Source: Eledone cirrhosa (lineage: Eukaryota). Taken from it: a DNA stretch of 64,000 nt. The notes beneath the pieces were generated by a model. That model was not told the DNA's origin and searched no databases. It saw only the letters and a list, made by a program, of their open reading frames with translations. Where the stretch lies: assembly GCA_964016885.1 (NCBI GenBank), contig OZ024743.1:56296001-56360000 (forward strand), written 5' to 3'. A program made the translations under genes and the position numbers. This document shows positions 14,464 to 28,300 of this stretch, piece by piece (within the stretch, counting starts at the first letter, position 1; every line of letters starts with the position of its first letter).

Positions 14464-15745
14464 CGTTTCTGAATTTGTTTAGCAAGATTCTTTATCTGAA
14501 ATCGTGTGTTGAAACCGATATTGTTATACTTTGGGAGGGTCATGTTGCCAATAAGAAACACACGCACCAGTTGCTTTCACTTCAATTTATTATATATTTA
14601 TAAATTTATAAATATATAAATTTACAAATTTACAAACTTATAAATTTCTGGTTGGTTGGTTCCACAACCAGATAGTTGTTTATATATAGTCATAGTTCTT
14701 TCGTCACACACTCTGTGACCTCTTCAGTGACTGGGGATTCCTTTCTTTGTTTCTGTGCCTTTCCTTTCTTCTATCCTACGCCATTTTGTTTCTGTGTGTG
14801 TGGTGTGTGCTCAGTTTGCGCATGCGCCACATCCGGGTGTCTGTGTGTGTTTGTGTTCATTTATCTATTTGTTTATTTATTTATTTATTTATTGTTGGTT
14901 GGTTGTTTGTTCTATGTGTGTGTGTGTTTTCATTTTGTCCTGTGTGTGTTTTCATTTTGTCCTTAATTGTAAGTTGTTTGTTCTATGTGTGTGTGTGTTT
15001 TCATTTTGTCCTGTGTGTGTTTTCATTTTGTCCTTAATTGTAAGTTGTGATGTTGCTGTTCCACTCATATTTTCTATTTAATTTTGGTTTTAATTCTTTT
15101 ATGCTTACTGCCTCTGTAATTTGCCTAAACATTGCGTCTTTTCTGTGTGTGGATTCTATTTTTATTTCTATGTTCTCTAATCTACCCCTGTGTTCTATCT
15201 TAGCATGTTGGTAGAGCACAGATGATTCTTTATTATCTTGGAGGTCTCGCCAGTGTTCATTTATTCGTTCCCCTATACTACGAGCTGTCTCACCTATGTA
15301 CACTATATTTTTGTTTCTACATTGTCCTTCAGTACATCTTATGCTATACACTACATTTCTAGTTTTACAGTTAATATGGGGGCTTATTTTACAGGTTATA
15401 CATTTCTTATCTATACATGAGGGTCTTTGGAACGGGTATGTCTTGCTAATAAGTGTTTTTACGGGGGTACCTGGTCTTTCTACTATCTTAATATTGAGAT
15501 TATGTTTATTTAGGGCCCTTCTAAATTTGTAGGCTAGTTCGCTTCTAGGGGTTGTATTGATGAACATTACACTCTGGTATTTATTGCTATCATACCATGA
15601 GTTTATTCTATTGGCCTTGTTCCTAGTTCTTTCTATTCTATTCCAAAATTTGCTCCTATACAAGGGGCAGGTCCCATTTATGTCATTATTTACCATTTTT
15701 TCCCATTTGGTTCTGGCTCCTTTATACACTCTGATTTTATCTCTC
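14461..15745 (-). mobile_element. 5'-truncated Penelope-like element (Zn-finger linker + GIY-YIG endonuclease, ORF 15034-15729) with 3' UTR/pLTR
   Basis: CIDKKCITC..C linker; NVVYSIRC...YIGETARSIGERINEH and R..TEAV.I GIY-YIG motifs; hammerhead in 3' region. Confidence 0.85.
14688..14732 (-). ncRNA. Type I hammerhead ribozyme downstream of a GIY-YIG ORF
   Basis: Minus: agtca CTGAAGA g gtcaca gagtg tgtgac GAAA gaacTA tgact. Confidence 0.8.
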
Positions 15746-15920
15746 TAGTATATATATTAAAATAACAGATTAAAGTTTAAGCAAAGAATCGGTGCTTTCA
15801 CCCTTAACGGGATCTTCTGAAACTAACAAAGTCAATCTGTGAACGCAGAACTTATATATTTGATATATATTTTTCCTTATCTAGTCCTCTTTGGATTTTA
15901 CTCTTCAAATTTATAATTAT

Positions 15921-15962
<42 letters not shown>

Positions 15963-16322
15963 TAAGGAGCAAAATCTCAAACCTCATATATATATATGAG
16001 GCTGCAGATTTTTCTCTTTCCCCATATCTCCCCACGATTCATTTTTTCCTACTCCGCCAACATACATATAACGTGGTTCTTTTTTGTAAATATATACAGA
16101 TGAATTTGAATTTTTGTTAAAATATGTCATTTAACAGTAGAGGGGACATAACTCTTAAATTATGCAAAACGAATCATTTTTCCTTAACAAACAACAAGCA
16201 ATTGCGTATTTTCGTATTTACGTATTTTCCACGTCTACAAAGAAAGGAAAGGAAATGGAAAGGAGCCGACGTTTGGTCGAACCAAGGAAACAATGTATTT
16301 ATTAGTCTTCCCATTGCTGATT

Positions 16323-18200
16323 CTATCTACATCGCTTAGCAAAAGGAACAATGTGAAATACAATCAAGCCCAGTTGGCTCGTGAGAGTCTGGAGCTGTTG
16401 AAGCCTGGACCTGATGGTGGAGCGGATGGCCGGCGGGTGGATCGGTGACCCGGGGATGAGGACATCCTCTTTGGGGGTCACCTGAACCTGGCGGAGAATG
16501 GACCGCACGTCCAAGACGGAGGCTGCAAAGCTCGCAGCATCGAGGATGACGTTCACCACCTCCGACTTGGCCGAGTTGACCTGGAGGCCGATTCCCGCTA
16601 GGGCAGGAATCACCGATTGAAGGTCTTGGCAGACCGTCCGTACGGGCCCGCCCAACGTAGCATCATCCAGATACCAAACGTTGAGAGGGGCCGTGATACT
16701 CCGGGCAATGTGGTCAATACCAAGGGCGAACAGGAGAGGTCCCAAAGGGTCGCCCTGCTGGACCCCAGTAGCCGAGGGTATGACCGTATCAGCAGCTAGG
16801 AGCATGCTCGGGGCTCCATATGACAGGTAGGCCAGCGGGTAGGCAGAGGGGGGCTCGGCTGAGGCAGGCCTCGAGCAGATGATCCTGGCGTAAAGAGTTA
16901 AAGGCATTCCTCATGTCAAGCTTGACAATGAGGTGCCTGGAGTCCCTGGATGCCGGTACCGATGGGCAGCTGCTGAAGAACTGCCTGATTGCATGAGAGA
17001 CTCCCTCACAGCCACCGGACACGCTGACCCCAGTTGCACCGGACTAAACTCCTCACCCAGTTCGTGTGTGACGGACTTGCAGATCACCTTGGTAGCCAGC
17101 CTCCGGAAGACATTGCCCACAGCGGTGAGGCTGGCAGAAAAGAAAAGGCCTCGGGCATAAGGGTCGAGGGTACCATGAATAAGCCTATTGGTGAGCGCCA
17201 CAATTGCACTCAGAAGGCGGCGCCCGGCCTCAGCGGAGAGGGAGGGATGTCAACTCCTTGAGGTGGCGTGGTCGGAGACCATCAACACCTCCGAGGCTGC
17301 TAGCTGGGATGGACCTGATGGCGGACATATCTGCATGAGTAGCCACAAGGAGCAGGTGGGGGTCGGGTGGCGGTATGGGTCTGAGATCACTGGGTGGCTC
17401 AGGGTGTTTGAGCCGCAGAGCAGCCAGGATCTCCTTGGTGGGTTGGAGGACAGTGTCCTCTGAGGCAACAACTCTGACTGCGGCCGAGACATCACCCATG
17501 ATAAGCTTTGCATTTACCTGGTCACGCAAATGCTTGGCGCTGGCCTCGGGGGTGGAGGATAGGGGGTACCTGAGGGTGGGTTGTGTGGCGTCCCTGGGCA
17601 CGCTTGGAATGGGCGCTCGCTCAAATGACGAGACATTGGCCTTGACGAAGGCTGCTGTTGACCGGCCGCCCCGGTCAGCGCCAGAGCTGGGGAGGCCGAG
17701 GGCAAGTGGGGCGAAATAGAACAGCCGCTCCCAGTCACTGGCTCGATTGGAGTCCAGGGCGCTCTCAATCGAGGAAGCAAGGGCATCGACTACCGGCATC
17801 CGTGCCGCTCTCGGGATCCTGAGTGGGATCTTCCGGAGCCGCCTGAGCCGAGCGATGTTGACCAGCGAGGCTCGGGCGTCAGGCAAGCTCGCTGTTCCAT
17901 CTGGTGGTGTGCCAGACGGCCGTGGCTGGGAAGACGTGGGGAAGAGGCAGCTCCTGCACCTCCACGTTGCGAGGGCATTGGAAGCTCGACGAGTCAAGCC
18001 AACGCAGGTGAGGTGGTGGAAGCAGCCGCACCACAAACAGTTCCGGCCCCTCTTCCGTTTGTTAGTAGTGCTGCAGATGTCGATTTGGAGGGGTGGGGGT
18101 GGGGCGTGGGGCCGGGGACTGGGGCACCGAGCGGCATCAGGGGTGGGTGGCTGGTGTGTGTGGTTGGAAGGGAAAGTGCTGGTAAGAGGGCAGCATAGCT
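16323..18200 (-). mobile_element. Degenerate GC-rich non-LTR retrotransposon, CRE/NeSL-type RT with N-terminal PHD-like finger
   Basis: CLWCGCFHHLTCVGL...WRCRSC; GGVDGLRPRHLK; AVGNVFRRLATK; KLDMRNAFNSL; GVQQGDPLGPLLF; WYLDD; several frameshifts. Confidence 0.8.
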
Positions 18201-18699
18201 CACCTATATATATGGAGGTGCCAGAAAACGAGAGCGAAAAGGGGCTGCATGGAAGGGGAGACACGGGAAGGAAGAATGGCAGTAAATGAATGAGTGAATG
18301 GATGGATGTAAACAAAAAAACAAAAACAAAAAAGAGGGGGGGGGGACAAGGGGTTGTTCCCAGCGGAAAGCCCCAGAATTCAGCACGCACACATGCGAGC
18401 AACTGAGCAGTTTGTCAAAGACGTTATTCTCAATGTACGCGCTTACAATATTTGAATATAACTGAACCGTCGTGTCATTTAATTTGAAAAGTGGAGCAAA
18501 GTAAAAGGAAAATAGTGAATTTGGAGTGTCAATCACTTGTAATTTTTATTTTTATTTTTTTTTTTCCAATACCGGACTTACAGTTTTCCAGGATTTATAC
18601 TCATTTTTTTTTTTTCTCTCTCTGTCTCTCTCTCTCCTTTCAAAAGGATGGAGGCATTTTATCTCCTCATGAAACTGACATTACTTAATGATGTTCGTC

Positions 18700-18895
18700 A
18701 TCTATGGCTTAGAATTGGCAGTATCGGTAGAGGGTTGGACGCCATGCTTTCTAGCATAGTTACGTCCCTTTACGGTCTGAGTTCAAATCCCGCCAAGGTT
18801 AACTTTGCATTTCATCCTTACGGGGTCGATAAAATAAAGTACCAGTAATGTACTGGATAATTGCTGGCCTTGTGCCTAAAGTAGAAACAATTATT
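18700..18895 (+). mobile_element. tRNA-derived octopus-type SINE
   Basis: B-box gagttcaaatcc; tttcatccttacggggtcgataaaataaagtaccag core; other fragments ~2160-2195 and ~23945-24045 (reverse). Confidence 0.7.
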
Positions 18896-18979
18896 TCATA
18901 ACTCTATAGAACTATTAGAATGATTGTGCAGTGTTCTGTGTCCAGCCAGGTTTGTACAACAGGTAAGAAAAATGATGTC

Positions 18980-19215
18980 CTTCATCATCATCATCATCAT
19001 CATCAGGTTTAGCGTCCGTGTTCCACGCTTGCATGGGTTTGGACGGGGGTTTTCCCACTTGAGGCAAGAGTGGTTGTCTTGCTCGCATAGGACTGTCTGG
19101 CGGGTTTTCTACAGTTGGATGCCCTTCCTAACACCAACCACATTTACAGTGTGGGGCTGGGAGGTTTTTACCGTGTTGCCTACACGGCCACATTACAGCG
19201 TGGACTGTGTGTTTC
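18980..19215 (-). mobile_element. 3' UTR fragment of the RTE family at 37680-40460, with (CAT)n tail
   Basis: Reverse complement of ~40230-40460. Confidence 0.85.
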
Positions 19216-19351
19216 CTTGTATTATTATATTATTATATTACACTCTGTTTAACTCTACACCTCGACACTGACATGGACCTAAATATCCGGCGGTCACCTG
19301 GGTGAACCTACTGTAACTTCACGTTGGACTCCCTGGATATATACATATATA

Positions 19352-20046
19352 TGTAACGGAATTCTATAAATTACCCGGCGAAGATTCGAAACTGAATATA
19401 AGAGTTCTCGCCTCTGGGACCACCATTGTGCTGTCAGGAGACAACGATGATAAACGTACATACCACTTGACCTGTGACCCCACCTTCTTGACAGATGAAA
19501 TGCATATGCCTACTCATAAATCAACCCATATACACATCCTTCTAGCTATAGGGTTATTATAAATACAAGTACTTAGGTGTTCAATCAGACAGAGACAGAA
19601 GCAGCAGTCCTTGAGAGAATAACGATGTGAATCATTCGCTTCCTACAGACCCCTTGCGGTCTATAGACTTCTACTGACGTCTACGGAGCTTTTACTCTTT
19701 CTCTCTCCTAGCCTTACAGGCTCTCACATTTCATACCCACTCGGTAGATCGACAAACTACAGTATAGACATACACACACACAGAGTAGGTTTACTTATAT
19801 TTTTCCCTAATCCTTCGTCTTCCTGTTAAAACACTTCTATTGTACCGTTGTATTGCTACATGCATTTACGCTACCTCGCAGAAGCTAGTCAGCAAATTAA
19901 TGTAGTGAAAATTCCTGTCAGAATTTTTATTACTCGATATTCAATGTACCAACAAGTGAATACTGTTATTGTAAAATAAACAGTGTCGATATCACAATTC
20001 TGGCATTATTTTTTTTATCATTCATCCATCAAAGAATACATTTATC

Positions 20047-20053
<7 letters not shown>
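19352..20053 (+). mobile_element. Solo LTR (~700 bp)
   Basis: TGTA...TACA termini in (TA)n; TATA-like tataaata ~19557; aataaa ~19975. Confidence 0.6.
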
Positions 20054-20095
<42 letters not shown>

Positions 20096-20096
<1 letters not shown>

Positions 20097-20285
20097 CGAA
20101 GGAAATGTGGTAAGGAACCAGGTGGACCATAACACACCAAAGTACTCAATACTTAGGGTAGTAGAGTGGGTAATAGGAACGAGTAGGACTCCGACGGCTG
20201 AGCTCAAGCTGTTTCGACGGCTAATTTTGTCCAGAATTAGCCGTCGAAACGGCTTGAGCTCAGCCGTCGGGGTCCTACTCGTTCA
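20096..20285. mobile_element. Short repeat family with intact ~108-bp hairpin (20177-20284)
   Basis: gaacgagtaggactccgacggctgagctcaagctgtttcgacggctaatt paired with its near-perfect reverse complement. Confidence 0.75.
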
Positions 20286-20399
20286 TATATATATATATAT
20301 ATATATTTTATTTATATATACATATATATATTTTATATATATATATATTTTATATATATATATATATATATTTTATATATATATATATATATATTTTAT

Positions 20400-21106
20400 A
20401 TGTAATAGTAACATACGTGAACGGCAAAGCATAAGCGAACTAAGGAGAAAATTAGAAATAAGAGGGATCAGATGCTGTTTACTCGAGAGAAGGCTACGTT
20501 GGTATGGTCACGTGATGCGCATGAAAGACGACAGCTGTATAACAAAGTGCAGGGCAATAAAGATAGACGGTAGCTACGTAGTAGGCAGACCCAGAAAAAC
20601 CTGGGACGAGCTGATAAATTCTGACCTCACACACTTACACCTCTCCAAGACAATGTCACTGGACCGTGACCTTTGGCGGTACTCAGTAATAGAGAAGACC
20701 CGCATTACCTAAATACAAAGTAAAACCTACTACAGCCAGTAGGCATCTCTAACAAAATACACCCCCGTCCCACCACCCCCCACCCCATCCACACCGCCCC
20801 TTCAATGTAAAGTTATGTTGGTGCCACAACATCCAGGCCGAAACAAATGAGATCGTGTAGGTGTCACGACAAAAAAAAACATACAGTCCACGCTGTAATG
20901 TGGCCGTGTAGGCAACACGGTAAAAACCTCCCAGCCCCACACTGTAAATGTGGTTGGTGTTAAGAAGGGCATCCAGCTGTAGAAAACCCGCCAGACAGTC
21001 CTATGCGAGCAAGACAATCACTCTTGCCTCAAGTGGGAAAACCCCCGTCCAAACCAATGCAAGCGTGGAACACGGACGTTAAACGTTGATGATGATGATG
21101 ATGATG
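20400..21106 (+). mobile_element. 5'-truncated RTE LINE 3' end with (GAT)n tail
   Basis: Highly similar to 39757-40460; RRLRWYGHVMRM...GRPRKTW. Confidence 0.9.
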
Positions 21107-21242
21107 ATATATATATATATATATATTTTATACATATATATATTTTATATATATATATATTTTATATATATATATATTTTATATATATATATATTTTATA
21201 TATATATATATTTTATATATATATATATTTTATATATATATA

Positions 21243-21535
21243 TCATCATCATCATCATCATCATCAACGTTTAACGTCCGTGTTCCACGCTTGCATTGGT
21301 TTGGACGGGGGTTTTCCCACTTGAGGCAAGAGTGATTGTCTTGCTCGCATAGGGCTGTCTGGCGGGTTTTCTACAGCTGGATGCCCTTCCTAACACCAAC
21401 CACATTTACAGTGTGGGGCTGGGAGGTTTTTACCGTGTTGCCTACACGGCCACATTACAGCGTGGACTGTGTGTTTTTTTGTCGTGACACCTACACGATC
21501 TCATTTGTTTCGGCCTGGATGTTGTGGCACCAATA
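21243..21535 (-). mobile_element. RTE 3' UTR fragment, inverted relative to the previous copy
   Basis: Reverse complement of ~20815-21106. Confidence 0.85.
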
Positions 21536-21806
21536 CTAAGTAAGTGCCCATCTTAGCCCACCTGCGAATATGGTACTCATACACCCTTATCCCACTACTG
21601 TAGGCTGGTTACAACACCTGGGGGACATCACATAATTGCAGCTGTCTCATACAAAAGAAGAAGATATAGGAAGATTTTAATTTAAATAGGAACTCTTTAA
21701 AATTTTGGATTTTTTTTTTAAATAGAACCAGAGTTGGCTTTGAGTGGGTTGGTATTGAGTTATAAGTGTATGTGTCAGCTTGTGAATGTGTGTGTGTGTG
21801 TTAGAG

Positions 21807-21957
21807 CAGTGGCTGCCAACCTTTCGGATCTCACAGACCACTAAATTCATAATTTTAAATTACACAGACTAATATGATTTTTAAAAAAAAATAAATACAT
21901 CAAAATTTTTCTGCAGACCACAAAATATTCTCGTGGACCACTGACTGACAACAGCTG
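21807..21957. mobile_element. hAT (Charlie-like) MITE with 8-bp TSD
   Basis: Ends cagtggctgccaacc...gactgacaacagctg; tgttagag duplicated on both sides (21799-21806, 21958-21965). Confidence 0.8.
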
Positions 21958-22734
21958 TGTTAGAGAATGTCTTTATTGTCTAGTTGACTAACATACTGTT
22001 GGATAACACTACAACAAATATTAACCCTTTTGATACAAAGCTTCCTGAAACTGCCCCTGATTCTATGATATAAAACTGTTTGATTTATAGTGTTTATATT
22101 TATCTAAAAACTTGCCATCATAATTTCATCTAAGAACATTTGTTAAGTTATGTTCCAAATACCAGCTTAATGGAGAAATATATTGATCTCAATACTTAAC
22201 TGGTATTTTATTTTATCTAACTCAGAAAGATGAAAGGTTTTTGAACTTAATTTGGTGGCAAATTTGACAGAAAAAAAAAATCAAAGTCTGTTTTTATTGG
22301 TTATGTATAATACAAAAAAAAACTAGATAGCTTGTTAGAGCCCCTTTTACATGCCAATTTAGGACAGTTAGAAATCATCATCATCATTGTTTAACGTCCA
22401 TCTTCCATGCTAGCATGGGTTAGACTAGAATATGATCTGAGGGAGATTTGGTTGCTATTCCTAGCAAGCTGAGCAAAATTTATAGCCCCCACCTTTCCCC
22501 ACTCATATGGTTTGTCAATTTCACTTGAAGAAATTGAGTAACTCTTAAAAATCTCAAAGCCATTCAGGGTCAAAATATATGTTGTTACATGAACAACAAA
22601 GAATTTCATTTTTCAAACTTTCACAGTAGACTAAACAGTTCACCTCACCCATCAACACATTTTGAAAAAATATAGATGTTATTACTGTCAACACCATATT
22701 TACTTATATCTGTGTTCTTTTAATGTCCAGTATA

Positions 22735-23070
22735 TCATCATCATCAGTCCCTTGACCTCTGTAGTCGTCGGGAGGGAGGGGGCCCTACTGCAAAAGCCTC
22801 ACACACTCAAAATACTCTGTCAACAGTAGCCGTCAACAAATCTGGTGTCATCATTTGTATCATTTTTTTTACATTGTCCAACCAGTTTTTTGCGTTGGTG
22901 TCCCCTCCTACGGCCACCTTCAATGGTGCCTTGCATGATGGTCTTGCACAGGCTGTCATGTCATGTGACATAGCCAAACCACGCCAGTTTCCTCCTCTTG
23001 ACAGTGACAGGGAGAGGTCCCTGGTGACCCACAAAACTTTTAACCCTACTCCACACGTATATGAAATACA
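22735..23070 (-). mobile_element. RTE (BovB-like) LINE 3' fragment
   Basis: Minus frame gives TVKRRKLAWFG.VT.HDSLCKTIMQGTIEGGRRRG; (CAT)n tail on +. Confidence 0.7.
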
Positions 23071-24434
23071 GTAAAAACAATCAAAACATCTCCAGCGTCT
23101 GTATATATAAAAAGAAACATTTGTTTGTTTCTTTCTTGTTTGTTAATTTGTTACCTATAGAATAAGAAATGGTTGACCTTACAAATATCAAAATACTTTC
23201 ATAATAACCATTTCTTCACAAGAAAATTAATGATGCTATTTATGTTATATTTGGTGAAGTATTTAATAACAGAACTGACATTAAATGCATTATTTTTAAC
23301 ATAATGAATAAATTCAGGCTGCCAGTAAACCTTAAATTATCTTCCTTGTCCAGAGAAAGTTTAAAAATACATTCACCAAGTATTTTTAAGTAGAACATTC
23401 AAATGTAAATGTTCATTTTCCATTTCAATTTTAAATAAGCATATGTAATCTCTTTTTCCTAACAGTTGAATTTGGAAAGTTCCTAATTGAATTTATGGAT
23501 TTCCAGGTCAGAGTTAAAAATTTAACACACAAATAATATGCTGATATAATGCACTATTTCTGCCAAAGGATACATGGTTCTGAGATCCTTTAATAATTAT
23601 TTAAATCCATTATTAGGAAAGATAAAATGCTATAATTTTACAGGAAAGTAAATTGTTTTTCATGTATTTGATTTTAATCAATCTAACTCAACTCTATTAA
23701 CATTCAATACACTTATGTAATTAATAACCATACTTTCTCGTATCAATTACAAACATAATAAAAATATTTGGTGAATAAAACTTCAAATAATGACATCATC
23801 ACACAGAATGCTTTACAGAATGTAACCAGTCCTCTATTGTCTGAAAAAAAGCTTTCATTATATTTATAAAGATAAACACTTTCACTTTGGAAATTTAAGT
23901 TTTATCCATAAAAATAATGATTTCTACTTTAGTCACAAGACCAACTATTTTGGGGGAGCGGAAAGTCGATTAAATCGACCCCCAGTGTATTACTGATGCT
24001 TTATTTTATCGACCCCATAAGGATGAAAGGCAAAGCTAACCTCACTGTTTGTTTGTACAATTTAATTAATTTTTTGGAAAAAAAAAAACACCTACACACA
24101 TAAGACTTTTTTTAAACCAATCTCCATTATAAAGAATATAAATGTTGTGTTTCAAATATTATATTTATGCTGAATTGTCATTATTCTTTTCTAAGATTTT
24201 TTTTTCCCATGCAATGCCAGGTATAACTGCTAGTACAAAAAAAAATGAAAGCAAACAGGCAGAAATGCTACAGTTATTGCAGTTATTGCTGTTAACACAA
24301 GAAATATACTGTGAATGTTGTTTCAAGAATACAATGAAAATTTATGGAAATATGTCATCAAGTCAAAAGAATTACAAGAAATAAGTTAAAGACTCACTCA
24401 CCAATAGACTGCAACCTATGAACTAGCTAACTGA

Positions 24435-24670
24435 ACAGCACCAATACCACCACCAATAACAACAACAACACTAGTGCCAACAACAACACTAACACTAGCA
24501 CCAACACCACCAACAACACCATCAACACCACCAACAACAACACTAACACCAGAACAACCAACAACAACACCATCAACAACAACACTAACATCAACAAAAC
24601 CAACAAGAACACTAACACCACCAACACCATCAACAACATCACCACTACCACCACCACTATCAACAACACC
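24435..24670. repeat. (ACC/AAC)n low-complexity tract
   Basis: Direct inspection. Confidence 0.9.
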
Positions 24671-25379
24671 ATTTCCCAAGCTCACTCGACACACCCCAGC
24701 TTCCTTTCTTTCATCACTCTCTTTGACACTCCAGTCGATTAATATTAACCCCTTCATACAGTCCTTCCTCCCCAAACAGAACTACATTCCTGAATTCCCA
24801 CTTCTGTCAACATATTTCACCCACACTACATACCTGAAACTTAACAGCAATAACTGGAAAGCTCATGAATACATACACTTCCACCTGACTTACACACACA
24901 CACACACTTCCACCTGACTTACACACACACACATACATGATAGCTGCAATTTCAAGTAATGCTATCGTTTTGATACTTAACCCTTATTTTATATATATAT
25001 ATATATATATTTTATATATATATATATATATATTTTATATATATATATGTATATATTTTATATAAATGAGAGGTATAGAGATTGTTTTAGCAAGAAGCTA
25101 ACGGCATTCTATAACATATATGCGACTATAACGTCAAGATGGGAAAAGTAGTTAACGAAAGATTTAGGAAAAATAACTCAAACTCATCTCAAAAGAGAAT
25201 CAGGATATAAATTCATCCACAGAATTTAGTAAAATCCAGGGAAAAATCTATAGACCTTTAACTCATGATAAAATAAAGTTTGAAACACTTATCCTTCAAT
25301 TTGGAATAACATCAAATGCTCTGTATAGTCTTAAAAGACTATTTCATGAAAACTTTCAGTATATATATTTTATATATAA

Positions 25380-28300
25380 TATACAAGGAATCCAAAAATC
25401 TGCCGCTTTTCCCAGCGAGACAGATTGTGTTTACACCGGGATTGTCGCTTTACCCATCTCCTGGGGACCCGTCGGACAAATGAAAATAAAAATAAAAATA
25501 AAAGCAAAAACAAAAACCATAACCTACATAAAAATAACCACTACCACAGTCACCAACAGTCTCCTAAACAGGAAACTTCTTCCTCTTTTTTAGCCATAAT
25601 GAATCTGGCAAAAGAACTGGAAAAAAACATTCGAGCTATCACCCAGCACCACCCTCCACTATCACCCCACTGCACAAACTCCCATTGCTGCCATTAACAA
25701 ACAAACAAATTAACAACACACCAAAACAATTAAAACCATCCACTCTCGCCTCAACATTTTTGCTGAACGCCCAAGGCATCAGCCCTTCCACCAATACTCA
25801 AAAATGGAAGATCAAATTCCTCGAGGACTGGGTTGATGTCCATCCAAACCACATCACTTTCTTCGTCCTCACTGAAAGCCATCTCAGTAACCTTCAATAG
25901 GAAGCCGAGGTGAAAGTGAAAAATTTCAAAGCCATCCGTGCTGATCGTGCTGGCAGAAGAAAGGGCGGGACTGCCATTTATGTCCATAATTCTTTCTCAA
26001 CAGAGACTATGAACATATTTACTAATGGATACTGCGAAGCAGTCACTGTATTCAGTCAAACCAACAACCTAATAGTAGTTGGGCTCTATAGGCCACCCCA
26101 AACGCCTCTACCATGCTTCAAGGAATGCCTCAACAGCATAAAGTGTTTCATCCAAGAGTGTCACCCTGACAACATCTTAATGATGGGGGACTTCAACCTC
26201 GCTGGAGTTGACTGGTCCACAAACAGCCTGCCACCAGGTTCTTCTGCCTCAACCTCTGACAGGGAAGCAGTAGAATCGCTTCTTGACTTCATGGATGATT
26301 TCTTCCTGTCCCAACTGATGCTCGAACCAACGAGGTGCCACAAAAACGTCCTAGACTTAATTTTCAGCAATCACACTGACACTATCCACAATATTGCAGT
26401 GGAGAAAACTCTACTCTCTGATCATGACATTGTTCTCTGTGATCTGAGATTCCACCGTCCAATATACAAACCCAATGTCATCTCTTCTGTCCATCCATTT
26501 GACGCTATGGATTTCCACAATGCAAACTGGGAAGCGATCAGTCATGATCTTGCACATGTCGACTGGTCCTTCACGCACACTCACACACCCACTAGCATCA
26601 AAAAGTCCTGGCAGACATTTGTGGACACTGTTACAAACATATGTGCAAAACACATCCCATTAAGAACTATAAACAAATCTAAGAGCAGAATCCTTAGAAA
26701 TAGAAAAACGCTCATCAGGAAAATTAAGAGAACTAACAAAAAAATCAACAAGCTGAAATACTGTCAGCAGCAACGCATAAACTTGACTGCCATTTCATCA
26801 CTAGAGATTAAAAAACATAACCTCCAAAACAATAAGATGTCTATCATCAACAATCAGAGAAGAGCTGAAGAGGCGTGGGCCATTGAGAAGATCAAACTCA
26901 ATCCCAAAGTGTTCTTTTCATTTGCAAAAAAACACAAAATCACTGGCTCTACTGTTGGCCCTCTAATTGATGAAAATGGCACTCTTCAAGACAATGCTAA
27001 AACCATGGGTGAGATACTGCAGAAACAATACTGCTCTGTTTTCAGCAATCCTGATATGGCCGATCTGGGCTGTATCGGCGATCTTACTCCCCATTACACC
27101 TTATCGGACATAACGTTTGGTGCCCCTGATGTCTTAGCGGCAATAAACGAAATCAAGCATAATTCAGCAGTAGGTCCCGATAGGTTCCCTGCTTGTGTCT
27201 TTAAGGCGTGTCAACACCAACTTGCATCTCCTCTTGCCAATTTGTGACGGAACTCACTGGATGCTGGATATGTGCCAGAAAACCTTCTATCCCAGTCTGT
27301 TGTCCCAGTTTTCAAAAAAGGAAACAAATCCCTTGCCGTGAATTACCGTCCAATCTCACTCACCTCTCATATCATTAAGGTATTTGAGAGAGTGGTGAGA
27401 TCGCGAATGACTCACTTCCTTGAGAGTACCAATATGCTGAACTCCAGCCAGCATAGATTCCGTAATGGAAGGGATTGCCTGACGCAGCTACTGCATCACT
27501 TTGATGACATTTTGAGAGCCTTGGGAGAGGGTTCCAACACTGATGTTATCTACCTTGATTTCAGGAAGGTCTTTGACAGGGTTAATCACAACATTCTACT
27601 GAGAAAGCTGTCCAATATTGGTGTCACTGGAAAGCTGCTGCAGTGGATCAAGAGCTTCCTGTCAAACAGAACCCAACATGTTGTAGTCGAAGGAGTCAAA
27701 TCCAGCCCAGCCAAAGTCAGTAGTGGGGTCCCACAAGGCACTGTGTTGGACCCACTTCTCTTCATCATCTATATTAATGACATCACTGACATCATCAAAC
27801 ACAGCAACATTAGAATTTTCGCTGATGATTCCAAGCTCCAAAAGGTGATCAATGGCGTGGATGACTGGATAAGCCTTCAGTCAGACCTACTGGCTGTTAC
27901 CCAATGGGCGGAAAAGAACAACATGTTACTGAACGAAGACAAATTCGAACTGATCCACTTTGGAAAAGAAGATGCTCTGAAACTCCCGTACTCCCTTCCC
28001 TCCGGTGAAACTCTCGTGGCATCTAACAACATCAGAGACTTGGGAGTAACCGTGGACAGCAACATAAGCTGGGCCACGCATATAAGCAGCAAAGTTGACA
28101 GGGCCGCAGAATGTGTTCCTGGATCCTCAGAACCTTCCAGTCGAGAGATTCCCACACCATTATCCTTCTCTTCTCCACTTTTGCCCGACCACACCTTGAA
28201 CACTGTTGTCCACTGTGGTCTCCCCACACGAAACAAAGTATCATGAAACTTGAAGCTCCCCAAAGGGCAATCACGAAAGAGATAGATGGCATGTCAGACC

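Noticed and set aside
15780-15830. Minus-strand CAGAAGA-tccc gtta aggg-tGAAA motif
   Set aside because: Core U4 and cleavage triplet are not conserved; at best a dead relic in a pLTR tail
24416-24917. Mucin-like Pro/Thr ORF
   Set aside because: Low-complexity ACC/AAC tract with no signal peptide or convincing exon context
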